The notes beneath the pieces are model-generated. The model had not been told where the DNA came from and did not search any database. It saw nothing but the letters and a program-made list of their open reading frames with translations. Positions 55,501 through 64,000 of a stretch of 64,000 nucleotides of DNA are shown piece after piece (position 1 is the first letter of the stretch; each line of letters opens with the position of its first letter). This stretch comes from Octopus vulgaris (lineage: Eukaryota), in the NCBI GenBank assembly GCA_951406725.2, contig OX597825.1, forward strand, positions 36,270,001-36,334,000, given 5' to 3'. The position numbers were made by a program, and so were the translations under genes.

Positions 55501-56837
55501 CATCGTATATAAGTATATATATATATATATGTGTGTGTGTATATGTTTGTGCTTCTGTGTTTGTCCCCCCAACATTGCTTGACAACCGATGCTGGTGTGT
55601 TTACATCCCCGTAACTTAGTGGTTCGGCAAAAGAGACTGATAGAATAAGTACTAGGCTTACAAAGAATAAGTCCTGGGGTTGATTTGCTCAACTAAAGGC
55701 AGTGCTCCAGCATGGCCACAGTCAAATGACTGAAACAAGTAAAAGAGTAAAAGAGTTTAAATTCTAAAGGGTTGAATCAATTATTTTCAATTATTTTAGA
55801 GGAACAAGAGAAAGAAAGATAGTAGAGAGAGAAAGTGCTAGACTGGGGATAGTATGATAGGAAGGAACAAATAGAAAGGAAGAAGAAACAGGCAAGAGAG
55901 GGAAAGATAGTGAGGATTGTCGAAAAAGGAAGAGAGGGAAGAGAGAAAGAAAGAAGGTGAAGGAGAGAAATAGAAAGGGAGAGGACCTAACAGTAGATCT
56001 GTATTTTGGTTATGTGAGTTAGTAACTTTACTAATACTCTCCTCCGGCCATTTGATATGGACATTAGTCTTTACCCTCCTCACCCTTTATCCACCTCTTA
56101 AAATCCTCTCTCTCTCTCCCCTTGCTCCTTTCTAGTGCTGGTACTATGATAAAGTTTACCTAGTAGACTCTGTTAAATATGGTGTTAAATGAACCCTTTA
56201 GTTTTGTTAAAGGTATGATCACCTCTCTAGTACTGGTTCAACAAAGAAGGCATTCATTAAAGTGGTTGGTGTTAGGTAGGGCATCCAGCCATAGAAATCA
56301 AGCCCAAACTGAAACTTAAGGCAAGATGTAATTCTCTGATCTATCTTGAAGAACAGTATCAACCCATCAAACTCATGCTAGCATGAAAAGTAGATGTAAA
56401 ACAATGACGATGATGAGGCTCTTCTTTAGTACAAAATAAGTAACATTCTCTTGTATCTAATGTATTTTGATTTGATATAAACCATTCTGTTGTTAACCTC
56501 ATTAAAGCAAAGCTAGAAATATTTTTGTAGAATCAGTTAATTCATAAAGTCTACTATATGCGTGTTAATTAAATTTTCTTGTAAAATATTTTATGCTGTG
56601 ATTTCCAGTAATGATAGAGTACCAAATTATACTGTAATTGAACCTATTAATGAGACCTTGGAGCGACCACCAACTCGCAGCGGGAGTCAACCACCACCTA
56701 CTGCCAGTACTGCAATTTCCAGTAAGTAAATATTGTAATTTGTTAGGAGTAGAAATACACTTCCCTTTTTTAATTTTTGTGTGTGTGTGCATGTCATCAT
56801 CATCGTCGTTGTCGTCGCCATCATCATCATCATCATC

Positions 56838-56892
<55 letters not shown>

Positions 56893-59800
56893 GGAAAACC
56901 TTGTGATGAACTGGCATTCTGTTCTGTAGGGATATTGGCCTTCCTGCCCAGCCAGCAGAGAGGCATCACTCAAAAGCTGCACTATGCAAGGCAATGCATT
57001 GTGACCAATAGTGTGTAGTGACATCCAATAGTCTGGTCAATACAGTGATTTTTGACAGTATACCTTGTGTGTTCTGGTTTCAGAATAGAAACACTGTATC
57101 CTTGCATATCATAGGAGATAACTGGAAGAGTTGGTGACAGGAAGAGCATTCATCCATAAGACTATGTCTCAGAAAACTTGTCTGACTCACGCCAGCATGG
57201 AAAAGCAGATATAAAATTGGTGATGATGATGGTGATGATTTTATTTTTGGCAGCAAAATGCAAGTTACCTGATAGTTTATTATTTCTGAAACAGTTATTC
57301 CTGAATGTTGTCATGGATACACCACAAGGTCCATTCCTTGTGGCAGTGTGACGGTTTGTGTATCTCAATCTCTCTGAGAGCTATGTCAGTGGAGCACAAG
57401 CTCTTGGCAGGGCCTCCCATGCTGGACAGGATAAAGAATAGAAACTAGAAGTGAAAATAGGTTTGCGAAGGGTCAACACTCTGCCTAGTAAAAAATCAAA
57501 GTTACAGAAGCATTGATGACAATTCAAATTGTCATCAATGAGACATGATAGCAGAAGGTCTTTTCTCAGGGAAAAGACAGTCCAGTTCAAAGAACAGTGA
57601 GAAAAGTTATTAATAGTCTATTCCCCATTGGGAGTGATGGACTTAAATAAGTAAGCAGTCATGGATGATAGTTAAAACCCTTTTCTTCCACTTCATGGGG
57701 TTTTGGGGTTGGTGTTGGATCCAACAAGACACTATCTTGGTCAAGAGTCTTCTACCATAATCCCAGGACATTCCCAAATTTCTGATCAACATTGGGTAGG
57801 CAAAACTCTACAGGAACCCATCAGATGTACTGTGCCTGTTCATAATCATTCATTCTGTTTAATATTGACATTTGGATTTTGTGTTTTTTTAGAAGAGCCC
57901 AATCTGTTGCAAGATTTTGTACCAGCTCTCTTGACTAACATCTTGATCTGTTTCTTTTACCACTTTCAGAGGCTTTGCAAATTCATGGAAACTGCAGCTC
58001 GTTACCTGACTAAACCATTAAAAAAATTGTCTAGCAAATAATTTGATTGAATTATAATTAGGAAATGGGACTGGCAGAATTGTTAGCCTGTGGGGTAAAA
58101 TGCTTAGCAGCATTTCTTTTGTCTTTACACTCTGAGTTCAAATTCCATCAAGGTCGACTTTGCCTTTCATCCTTTCAGGGTCAATGAAATAAGTATCAGT
58201 TGAGCATGGTGAATGATGTAATTAACATTCCCGCTTCCCCAAAATTACTGGCCTTGCTCCAAAATTTGAAACCAATATTTAGGAAATGGCCTCGAGAAAT
58301 AATGGTTAAAGAACATTGCTTAGGGAATAATTGTTGGGTAATAATGCTTAGGAAATAGTTTTATTGACTAATTTTTTGAGAGTATATGATTAATACTTTT
58401 CTGAAAGTAAACTGAATGTTAATGATAAAAAATTTCTATAGTTCCATGAAAGAGAATTCAGGAAAATTTTGCTTTATAAGAAAGAATTTGTTTATATTAT
58501 TTATTTGTTTATTATTTTGTTTAGGAGAAAACAATACTCCAAGTCCAACAGGGAGTTCCAAATCAACTTCATCAAAGAAAAGTAAAACTCAAGATGCTGA
58601 ATCAATTGCTGAGTAAGTGTTTTACATTATACTCTCCCACTATACTGCTTTTCTTATAAGAATGTTTGGTAACACTGTGTAACAAAATTTAAAATTTTCT
58701 TTATTTGTCATTGGTCAGTAAGTGTTATTTCCTATTTGCTTCTTATCTAGAAATCAGAGGAAATGACTACTATTCCCTTCAAACTTTGCTTTTGTGACCT
58801 GGACATCAATGTTTTGAAACTGATCTATTTTCCATTACATTTCAGACAGATTCAGCACAGAGTTGCTGAAGCAGAAATATCATTACAGCAAAATAAATAA
58901 AATAATATTCTGCTCTGTACCACAGATTAGCTTTTCAGTTGCTTGACCTTAAGCACTTGGGCATGTCCTTTAATTGCTGACAATATGTGCATCTCTGATG
59001 ATGGGCAGTAGTAGTGGGGGGAGCATCATAGCCATGTGTTGAGAGGGATTCTTTGGGATTTGAATAAATGTCACAAAAGCAAAGTCTGAAGGAAATATTA
59101 ACCATTTTTCATACTTTCTAGGGGTAAGCAAATAAGGAATAAGTTGATACCCAAGGACAAAATTTGTGTTACTCAGTGTAATTGATTAACTGATAACCGA
59201 TTTGTGGTATTTAATTGCACCCTTTTCTAAATTCAATTTCCTGCCAATGTCAACTAGCAAAAAACAACAATACAAAACAATATGCTGTTATTCTTTTGTT
59301 AAACAGAGGTGGTAATTACTCCAAAGCTTTTATGTCCCGTCCAAGAATTTTGAGAACACCAGTAGAAGGTTCCAGTAATTCTGTTTCCCGAAATACACAA
59401 AACAGATCTCCACCAACTCCAAAATATTCTGATTCTGTACCAAGGCCAACATCTGCTAGTAAATCAGGTAAGTGGAATGGAAGCAAAACACATCTTTTCC
59501 ACATCTAGTAGTTGCTGCTAACTCTATCCCACTTCTCTTCTTATTCCTGATTTCAGGAAGAAATACTCTAACAATAAAACAAGTATACAAGGAGTAATAC
59601 TAATTTGACATTATTTTGTTTGAATTCATTATAAAAAATAAACAAGTTGATGAATACTGAAGAGGAAGCCAGTAGCTCATTTGCAAGAAGCCAAGTCATC
59701 TCACTTATGCAACTAACACAGTAACAGTTCTGCAACCCAGTAACAATTTTGCAACTCTCATTATGACAACATTGTCATCAATTACTTCCTCCACCATTAA

Positions 59801-60385
59801 CTATGTATAAATATAAACTGCAGCTATAATAAAATGACTAATTAGCAGAAACATTAGATCATTGAATAGAGTGTCTTGCAGTATTTGTTCTGGCCCTCTA
59901 TGTTCTGAGTTAAAATCCTGTTGATATCAACTTCACTTTTCACCCGTTCGAGTTCATAATTAGTTTGGTAAAATTTTTAGAGTAACAGATGGGATGCCTT
60001 CTGGTATCTGTTCCACTCTTTGCCTTCTGATGGCAATGTCTGCAGTGAGATTGGTACTAAGCTGTACTAGTTGTTGCTGTAACCTTCTACAACACTGGTG
60101 GCATGGAAAGGGGAGGCTTGCGTGCATGACCAATATTGGTCTACCATTAAAATCTCTTGTGTAGGGGAACTTTCCTTATCTGGGATTGTACAAAAAGGAA
60201 ACTCTTTCCTACCAAGCAACATAATTTAAAGAAAAATAACAGTTCATTCCCTGTACAGAACATTTTATACTATCTCAGCTATTTGGCTTACTTTTTATAA
60301 TTTTCCGTTTATTAATGATATCTTTTTTTTTTTCTTGTGCTTTACAGTGAACTCCCGGAAATATTCAACTACATCTGAAATGTAA
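5575..60385 (+). CDS. ARMC9: ARMC9 (LisH domain-containing armadillo-repeat ciliary protein), 24 coding exons, 797 aa (gene span)
   Basis: Manually spliced GT-AG exons with consistent phases sum to 2394 nt. The peptide carries motifs I recognise from ARMC9: [12 protein letters not shown] (LisH), [111 protein letters not shown]. Confidence 0.95.
6440..6700 (-). mobile_element. Old RTE-like LINE C-terminal fragment
   Basis: Minus-strand pieces INKTGRK, RKGWM and [10 protein letters not shown] resemble the RTE C-terminal GRPRKRW...AQDR..WR motif. Confidence 0.5.
6995..7208. repeat. (CATA)n / (ATCA)n microsatellites interrupted by a SINE 3' fragment
   Basis: Direct inspection. Confidence 0.9.
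8117..8242 (+). CDS. ARMC9: ARMC9 exon 2 ([21 protein letters not shown]...KAIQ)
   Basis: ttgtag acceptor, gtaatt donor, 126 nt, phase 0/0, LisH motif. Confidence 0.92.
9939..13185 (+). mobile_element. Young 5'-truncated CR1-clade LINE in ARMC9 intron 2, sense orientation
   Basis: ORF1 C-terminal remnant ([18 protein letters not shown]). APE endonuclease (LNARSL, TETW, YRPP, GDFN, SDH). RT ([29 protein letters not shown]). CR1-type C-terminus ([23 protein letters not shown]). Short 3'UTR and (TTA)n tail. Confidence 0.95.
10345..13110 (+). pseudogene. CR1 ORF2 (endonuclease + reverse transcriptase) broken by two 1-nt indels (about 11340 and 12240)
   Basis: ORFs 10345-11370, 11346-12257 and 12190-13110 join into one pol ORF with no other stop if one A is added in the A6 run and one T is removed in CTTCTTG. 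Confidence 0.9.
13248..13418 (+). CDS. ARMC9: ARMC9 exon 3 ([10 protein letters not shown]...[23 protein letters not shown])
   Basis: Long polypyrimidine tract plus gcag, donor gtaaga, 171 nt. Confidence 0.93.
13751..13925 (+). mobile_element. Helitron-like 5' end (truncated)
   Basis: A|TCtattatataaaa followed by (ctgt)n and ccgatt...aaatttg. No 3' CTAG end found. Confidence 0.5.
16045..16191 (+). CDS. ARMC9: ARMC9 exon 4 ([49 protein letters not shown])
   Basis: tttcag / gtaaag, 147 nt, highly conserved ARMC9 motif. Confidence 0.95.
16219..16438. mobile_element. piggyBac-type MITE. Related elements at about 2974-3192, 15620-15820, 39900-40130, 41825-42050, 42252-42457, 48790-49000, 55150-55772
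   Basis: TTAA|CCCTTTTGTTAC ... GTAATGAAAGGG|TTAA (TTAA target duplication plus CCC-initial TIRs). Confidence 0.85.
17088..17318 (+). mobile_element. Second tRNA-derived SINE family with a Meta/Sauria-like central domain. Other copies at about 8325-, 20105-, 32960-, 45805-, 48335+, 53750-, 58065+, 63580+
   Basis: Head ggcggcgagctggcagaa, B-box-like gagttcaaattc, core gcctttcatcct..ggggtcgataaattaagtaccag. 15-bp TSD at 17014-17028 / 17319-17333. Confidence 0.8.
18017..18409 (+). mobile_element. tRNA-derived CORE-like SINE (octopus OR-type), young copy nested in an older copy
   Basis: A box tggctgtgtgg, B box ggttcagtccc, core cttgggcaagtgtctt, internal TA/TG microsatellite, 3' gtaaaaga repeats, CpGs retained. 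Confidence 0.85.
18720..19431 (-). mobile_element. Non-autonomous Helitron with internal degenerate CA microsatellite
   Basis: Minus strand starts TC (tctactataataa), ends CTAG, is inserted between A and T, and has a subterminal hairpin ccggg-tgaaa-ccggg-type GC-rich motif. Confidence 0.72.
19918..20007 (+). CDS. ARMC9: ARMC9 exon 5 ([30 protein letters not shown])
   Basis: ccacag acceptor, donor GTATCTTTT (U12-like), 90 nt. Confidence 0.9.
20008..21016 (+). other. U12-type (minor spliceosome) GT-AG intron of ARMC9
   Basis: 5'SS GTATCTTTT, branch site CCTTAAC at 21001-21007 only 9 nt before the AG end, no polypyrimidine tract. Confidence 0.8.
21017..21041 (+). CDS. ARMC9: ARMC9 exon 6, 25-nt microexon (RGSPAQTE+G)
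   Basis: CCTTAAC-tatgtttag acceptor, AAG|gtatgt donor. Needed to convert phase 0 (exon 5) to phase 1 (exon 7). Confidence 0.85.
21509..21681. mobile_element. hAT (Charlie-like) MITE
   Basis: TIRs cagtgctccacaac / gttgcagagcactg with a perfect 8-bp TSD CTCTAGAT (21501-21508, 21682-21689). Confidence 0.9.
22271..22362 (+). CDS. ARMC9: ARMC9 exon 7 ([31 protein letters not shown], coiled coil)
   Basis: ttttcag / CAG|gtacat, 92 nt, phase 1/0. Confidence 0.88.
24075..24149 (+). CDS. ARMC9: ARMC9 exon 8 ([25 protein letters not shown])
   Basis: tttcag / gtaagt, 75 nt. Confidence 0.93.
24210..24278. repeat. (TG)n microsatellite. Others: (CA)n 7712-7775, 52482-52574, 45261-45291; (TG)n 17345-17376, 44982-45034; (TTTC)n 25427-25473; (AAT)n 56838-56891; (AAT)n(TA)n 9658-9727; (TA)n 60457-60485
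   Basis: Direct inspection. Confidence 0.95.
26135..26575 (-). mobile_element. Same tRNA-derived SINE family. Other minus copies at about 6760-7400, 7525-7945, 36700-37080, 44555-44835, 45055-45440, 50955-51370
   Basis: Reverse complement of the 18017 copy over about 430 bp. Confidence 0.85.
28459..28893. repeat. 32-bp minisatellite, about 13 copies
   Basis: Unit gagtgactccatataggctcctttgttgattg, near-perfect at 28490-28640 and diverging outward. Confidence 0.92.
28983..29101 (+). CDS. ARMC9: ARMC9 exon 9 ([14 protein letters not shown]...[17 protein letters not shown])
   Basis: cttcag / gtaagg, 119 nt, phase 0/2. Confidence 0.93.
30610..30829. mobile_element. mariner-type MITE
   Basis: TA-flanked TIRs gggtgccgaaaagttcttgg / ccaggagcttttcagcaccc. 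Confidence 0.7.
32133..32244 (+). CDS. ARMC9: ARMC9 exon 10 ([20 protein letters not shown]...LLLQALRW)
   Basis: ttgcag / gtgagt, 112 nt, phase 2/0. Confidence 0.92.
32633..32731 (+). CDS. ARMC9: ARMC9 exon 11 ([33 protein letters not shown])
   Basis: ctgcag / gtgagt, 99 nt. Confidence 0.92.
35346..35436 (+). CDS. ARMC9: ARMC9 exon 12 ([30 protein letters not shown]+G)
   Basis: ttttag / TTG|gtgagt, 91 nt, phase 0/1. Confidence 0.9.
36481..36604 (+). CDS. ARMC9: ARMC9 exon 13 ([15 protein letters not shown]...[11 protein letters not shown])
   Basis: cttcag / gtgagt, 124 nt, phase 1/2. Confidence 0.93.
37815..38170 (-). mobile_element. RTE 3'-tail element. Related tails at about 2770, 5690, 8875, 13450, 22640, 23455, 28240, 31650, 33430, 34720, 47110, 49860, 50105, 51900, 52270, 56260, 63045
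   Basis: Shared text catcatttaacgtc...ccatgctggcatgg...ggatgcccttcctaatgccaaccact, identical to the RTE LINE 3' end. Confidence 0.8.
38907..39046 (+). CDS. ARMC9: ARMC9 exon 14 ([16 protein letters not shown]...[20 protein letters not shown])
   Basis: tatcag / CAG|gtaaga, 140 nt, phase 2/1. Confidence 0.95.
42083..42165 (+). CDS. ARMC9: ARMC9 exon 15 ([28 protein letters not shown])
   Basis: tttaag / GAG|gtaact, 83 nt, phase 1/0. Confidence 0.9.
44441..44515 (+). CDS. ARMC9: ARMC9 exon 16 ([25 protein letters not shown])
   Basis: ttctag / gtaaga, 75 nt. Confidence 0.94.
46096..46925 (-). mobile_element. Non-autonomous Helitron (DINE/HINE-like)
   Basis: 5' TCtctatatatataaaac followed by (ctgt)n, 3' GC-rich gggcaaagccggg...CTAG|T. 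Confidence 0.72.
46928..47093 (-). mobile_element. 166-bp mini-Helitron in tandem with the preceding Helitron
   Basis: 5' TCtctatatataaac, 3' gagcaacgccgggcgatactgCTAG|T. Confidence 0.75.
48541..48625 (+). CDS. ARMC9: ARMC9 exon 17 ([28 protein letters not shown])
   Basis: gtttag / CAG|gtgaga, 85 nt, phase 0/1. Confidence 0.93.
49140..49640. repeat. Degenerate (GTG/GTA/GAT) trinucleotide low-complexity tract
   Basis: GT-rich cryptic triplet repeat. It explains the overlapping low-complexity ORFs here. Confidence 0.8.
50879..50937 (+). CDS. ARMC9: ARMC9 exon 18, acidic tract ([20 protein letters not shown])
   Basis: ttttag / GAG|gttatt (weak donor), 59 nt, phase 1/0. Confidence 0.87.
52740..53300 (+). 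mobile_element. RTE LINE 3' fragment, same family as 3625-4935
   Basis: Near-identical text (caagagagaagactgtgctggtatggtcatgtgatg...aagaagtgctgatct) and the shared tail aggaagggcatccagc...ttaaatgatg. Confidence 0.85.
53603..53716 (+). CDS. ARMC9: ARMC9 exon 19 ([38 protein letters not shown])
   Basis: ttttag / AAG|gtaagt, 114 nt. Confidence 0.93.
54991..55088 (+). CDS. ARMC9: ARMC9 exon 20 ([23 protein letters not shown]...)
   Basis: tag/CAG tandem acceptor, donor gtaagt, 98 nt, phase 0/2. Confidence 0.9.
55343..55755 (+). mobile_element. Same tRNA-derived SINE family, inserted into a piggyBac-type MITE. Other plus copies at about 2585, 15120, 16860, 17845, 39280
   Basis: Full head-to-tail match to the 18017 copy. 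Confidence 0.85.
56609..56721 (+). CDS. ARMC9: ARMC9 exon 21 ([37 protein letters not shown])
   Basis: ttccag / gtaagt, 113 nt, phase 2/1 fits both neighbours. Confidence 0.78.
58525..58612 (+). CDS. ARMC9: ARMC9 exon 22 ([28 protein letters not shown])
   Basis: gtttag / gtaagt, 88 nt, phase 1/2. Confidence 0.8.
58670..59180. mobile_element. MITE with long (about 130 bp) TIRs filling most of intron 22. Partial copies at about 29740-29980 and 26600-26790
   Basis: acactgtgtaacaaaatt / aatttgtgttactcagtgt, plus the internal pair ttcaaactttgcttttgtgac / gtcacaaaagcaaagtctgaa. Confidence 0.75.
59307..59467 (+). CDS. ARMC9: ARMC9 exon 23 ([18 protein letters not shown]...PRPTSASKS)
   Basis: aaacag / CAG|gtaagt, 161 nt, phase 2/1. 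Confidence 0.82.
60348..60385 (+). CDS. ARMC9: ARMC9 terminal coding exon 24 ([12 protein letters not shown])
   Basis: Strong polypyrimidine tract plus acag, phase 1, TAA at 60383-60385, followed by AT-rich UTR-like sequence with (TA)n. Confidence 0.75.
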
Positions 60386-60450
60386 AGGAAGCAACCTCAT
60401 CGTGAACATCATCGTGTCTTCAAAGAACTCTATTTTAATATCATGGAAGT

Positions 60451-60491
<41 letters not shown>

Positions 60492-62849
60492 AATTTTTCC
60501 TGCTATTATTACTTTATGCACATGATGTAATAGTTTCTTTATAGCTTTTAGGTTTCAGTAAATTTGTATTTTTACTGCAAATAACTTAATTGCTGTTTGA
60601 ATTTATAAGGTGCATTGCTCTTGTTTTCTTCAATATGTGTGAGTGTATTGTTTAGTACTTTAGTCTGTTTTAATCACCAAAGCTAAGCCCATGCTGGATC
60701 ACTGCCTTCATAATTCAATGTTCTATATTTTGCATTGTCTCTGTACAGGGTCCAATCTTCAAGCATTTCAGTTGTACAACCAACCATAGTATTGTCTGTT
60801 GAGTATAATTGGTATTTAACAATTTGCTGACATTAGATTGTTGACAATTTCACAATATCTTACATCCTCTTGATGGTCACATAATATATACTATGCTTTG
60901 TGCTGTTAATATATGGCCATGAGTCCGTTAAGTACTATTCATTGACAAAGCAGCGTCTCACCTTTAATGCAATGTTCTTTGTTCATTCTGTGAAGGGTAT
61001 CCACATCTCCCTGAAGGTACTTGAATTCCTGTTAATGTCTAAAAGAATTTACTTCTCCAAAGGCAAACAATTCTAGAAAGATGCCCAGTAGCAAGGAAAA
61101 GAATAGTCTCTACAACTACAAAACCCCAAATCATCATTATTCAATGATAAAGTGGTTTGTGCTCAAATAAGATTATTTGATAAATCAACATTACAAATTT
61201 TCTTTAGTTTTTGTTCCATAAAATGGTTGGAATCAATTAAAAGATCAAGGAATTTAAAAATAGGGTCACTTATGGAAAGAAAAAAACATTTTAGAATCAA
61301 AAGACAATTTTTAAGAATAAAAAGGCTTGTTGTATTAATTCTTCAGTTCTATAATGAAGAACACACATATTTTGTAGGTTGGAATTCTGGAGTCAGTAAA
61401 TGGGGCGATGAGGAACCACTAGTTTTGAGGTTTAGAGACAAGGAGTGATGTAAGGTGGACATCTCGACTCTGGTTTTTATTTTGTGCTCATTTTAATTGT
61501 GATTAAGTTTACATTTGCCACCAGAGCAAATGATGCCAAATGTAAGGTGTTCAACAGAGTTCAGTACCTGGACAGGGTTGCCACCCCCCATGCAAGCATC
61601 ATTCAGGTACTAAACACTAGAATTACACTTTCAATTGTTATAGCAAAGTGTGAGGGACCTTGTGAATTTCCCTGCTGAAACCCTTGATTCAGAAGACAAC
61701 TACTTCAGTTTAAATGGCAAAAGAGATGGTGATGAATAACAATTTCAGATGAATGGATAATTATCTGGGAGAAATTTGTTTCAATATATTGAATTACAAG
61801 AGTTTGAGATGTTAAGCATGAGAACAAAATTAGGACTGTATTCAACAGTTCAGTTAATAACTGACGTCATGCCACAGGTGTCATACACGTAAAAGGTGAA
61901 CCAACACCTAATTGAATAGGTAACAATTGATCAGAAATATCCCTTGCATGTAGTTTCTAAACATTCTTAGATGAATGATAGCAATAAAAACAACCAACTA
62001 AAATAGGCAGTAAATCGATGTTTGGCTTCACAAGCAGCACCAATAAAAAAAGAAAGGGTGAGAGAAAGAGGTTTAAATTTAGGAAGAAAGTTAATTATAT
62101 TGATAAACTAAGGACGAGAGATCTATACCTGCTGTCTTAGCTGAAAAGGTGTGACAATTATCTTTTTTTGGTATTGTGGTTTAAAGTTGTCAACTCACCA
62201 CACCTGATCAATTACAAAAAGAAATTCTTTTTTTGTTAGCTATTGGGTATGACAATCAGGGATCAGAGATCTGAACAATCCAAATTTGATGGTGCATTCA
62301 GATGCAGCGGCTGTACACCTGCCAGAGATTTAGGACGACAGTGTAAAACAAAAGCAATTGAACTTAATCATTGTACGATACTTTAAATCGTTTGTTCCCC
62401 AGTTTCAAGTTTACAAATTTTTTGAAGTTAACTCGTGTGTTGGGGTGGGTGTCTTTCATTTGCGCAATGAACCAGATCAAATCAACGGATATAAAGCTTT
62501 TGTTGAATTTTTCAGTTTGCAGGTTATCTCTTGCTGTAATCCAATTTGTTCAAAGTAAGTTACTCCCCTTATTTCCAAAGTACCGACGCCTCTATCTTGT
62601 TTGACATAGTAAATTTTCTCGGTGCTAATTTAACGTTCGGTCTACTGCAGTGTCGGTTTGTACAGTTTTTTTTTGTCTTTTCAGATGTGCCAGGGACCGA
62701 TAATATTTCTTAGCAATATTAATTTATACTGGAAACAATATATATAATGAATATAATAAAAGTTAACAATTTTTTAAAATTTCGTATTTATTTTGTAAAC
62801 AAATACAATATTACATAAGCATTTTATAGTATTTCTTTCTTTTGTTGAA

Positions 62850-62923
62850 ACTCACCGTGTACCGGCAGCTGATGGCTGAGCGAACCGGCGCCGGTCTGCG
62901 GACCACCACTTTGAGTAGCACTG
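62850..62923 (-). mobile_element. Single terminus of a hAT/Charlie-type element
   Basis: Minus strand reads CAGTGCTACTCAAAGTGGTGGTCCGCAGACCGG, typical of Charlie/MER5-like ends. No partner end found. Confidence 0.5.
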
Positions 62924-64000
62924 GGTTAGTCTACTCTGTGAAATGACCTGGTTGGAGTTAGACTGCATGCTAAAGTGTAAATGGCAAGGTAAACCGAATG
63001 CTAAAGTGGTACCATTTTCACAACACTCAGCTCTTGGCATCAACGTCATCATTTAACGTCTGTTTTCCATGCTGGCATGGGTTGGTCTTGGCAAGGCACC
63101 AGGTTCCATATTCTGTTTTGGTTTGGTTTCTATGGCCGGATGCCCTTCCTAATGCTAACCACTCCAGAGTGTACTAGGTGCTTTTTACGTGGCACCATCA
63201 GCAAGTGCTTTTTACGTGGCATCGTAGATTTAGGATCTTATTTTTGTTGTGGTAATATCTACAAAAGCATATATAAGCAGGGCATAGCTTTGTCCAAAAT
63301 ACAAACGTGGAAATAGTTTTGAATTGTTTCCCTGTTTGTGATCATATTTATGATATTCTGTTAGAATCGAATTAAATATAGATGATTGGCAATTAACTGA
63401 ACAAAGAACTACATAAAGAGTTCTTTATTACGTTACTTTGAAAATGCGAAGTAGCATTGAAATTCTTTGGAAGCTGCCATTGTTACATCTTTATCATTGG
63501 GTTTATATCAATAAGTATTATTAATGTAAACATCCATGTTGAATGCATATAAATTATACGCATAATTCTACACACACGTAAGGTGACGAGCTGGCAGTAT
63601 CATTACCGCGCCGGTTAAAATGCTTAGCAGCACTTCGTCCAGTTTTATGTTCTGAGTTCAAATTCCGCTGAAGTCGACTTCGCCTTTGATCCTTTCAAGG
63701 TCGATAAAATAAGCGCCAATTGAGTACTGAGGTAAATTTAATCGACTTGGCCACTCCCGCAAAATTTCAGGTCGTGTGCTTATAGTAGAAAGTATTCTAC
63801 ACGCATTTGTTTGCTGTGTTCAGTAAAATAGATTTTGAAAAACTCAGAAAATAAAGAAGTAATTTTATGAAAGAATGTTTTAATTATCCCACAATTGCGT
63901 TTTACTTTCGATAACACATCCCAGATTTTTTTTATATTTGGGTTACTGGGGAACAATTCTCAGCGGGATGCGATATTGTCAGAAGCTATCCCAAATAGCA

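Noticed and set aside
61152-62604. Downstream ORFs as a second gene
   Set aside because: Short, AT-rich ORFs with non-AUG starts, no recognisable domains and no exon chain.

Overview
Eukaryotic, AT-rich, repeat-dense animal DNA. The SINE, RTE and microsatellite landscape looks like octopus or another cephalopod (inferred, not verified). The window holds one complete + strand gene, ARMC9 (LisH domain plus armadillo repeats, ciliary). I assembled it by hand as 24 phase-consistent coding exons from 5575 to 60385 (2394 nt, 797 aa). The introns contain a young 5'-truncated CR1-clade LINE (9939-13185), RTE-LINE fragments and tails, two tRNA-derived SINE families, non-autonomous Helitrons, piggyBac/hAT/mariner-type MITEs, and mini- and microsatellites. 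Main observations: (1) a U12-type minor-spliceosome intron ahead of a 25-nt microexon; (2) a canonical G_GGA_AAC -1 slippery site at the LINE ORF1/ORF2 overlap, where ORF2 has no usable AUG; (3) a perfect 76-bp inverted templated duplication at the LINE 5' junction; (4) a recursive-splice-like exon start; (5) candidate alternative first and last exons; (6) a 732-bp insert with 77-bp direct repeats and a hammerhead-like motif. Nearly all short ORFs in the supplied track are repeat-derived noise. No CRISPR array, rRNA or true tRNA gene is supported.
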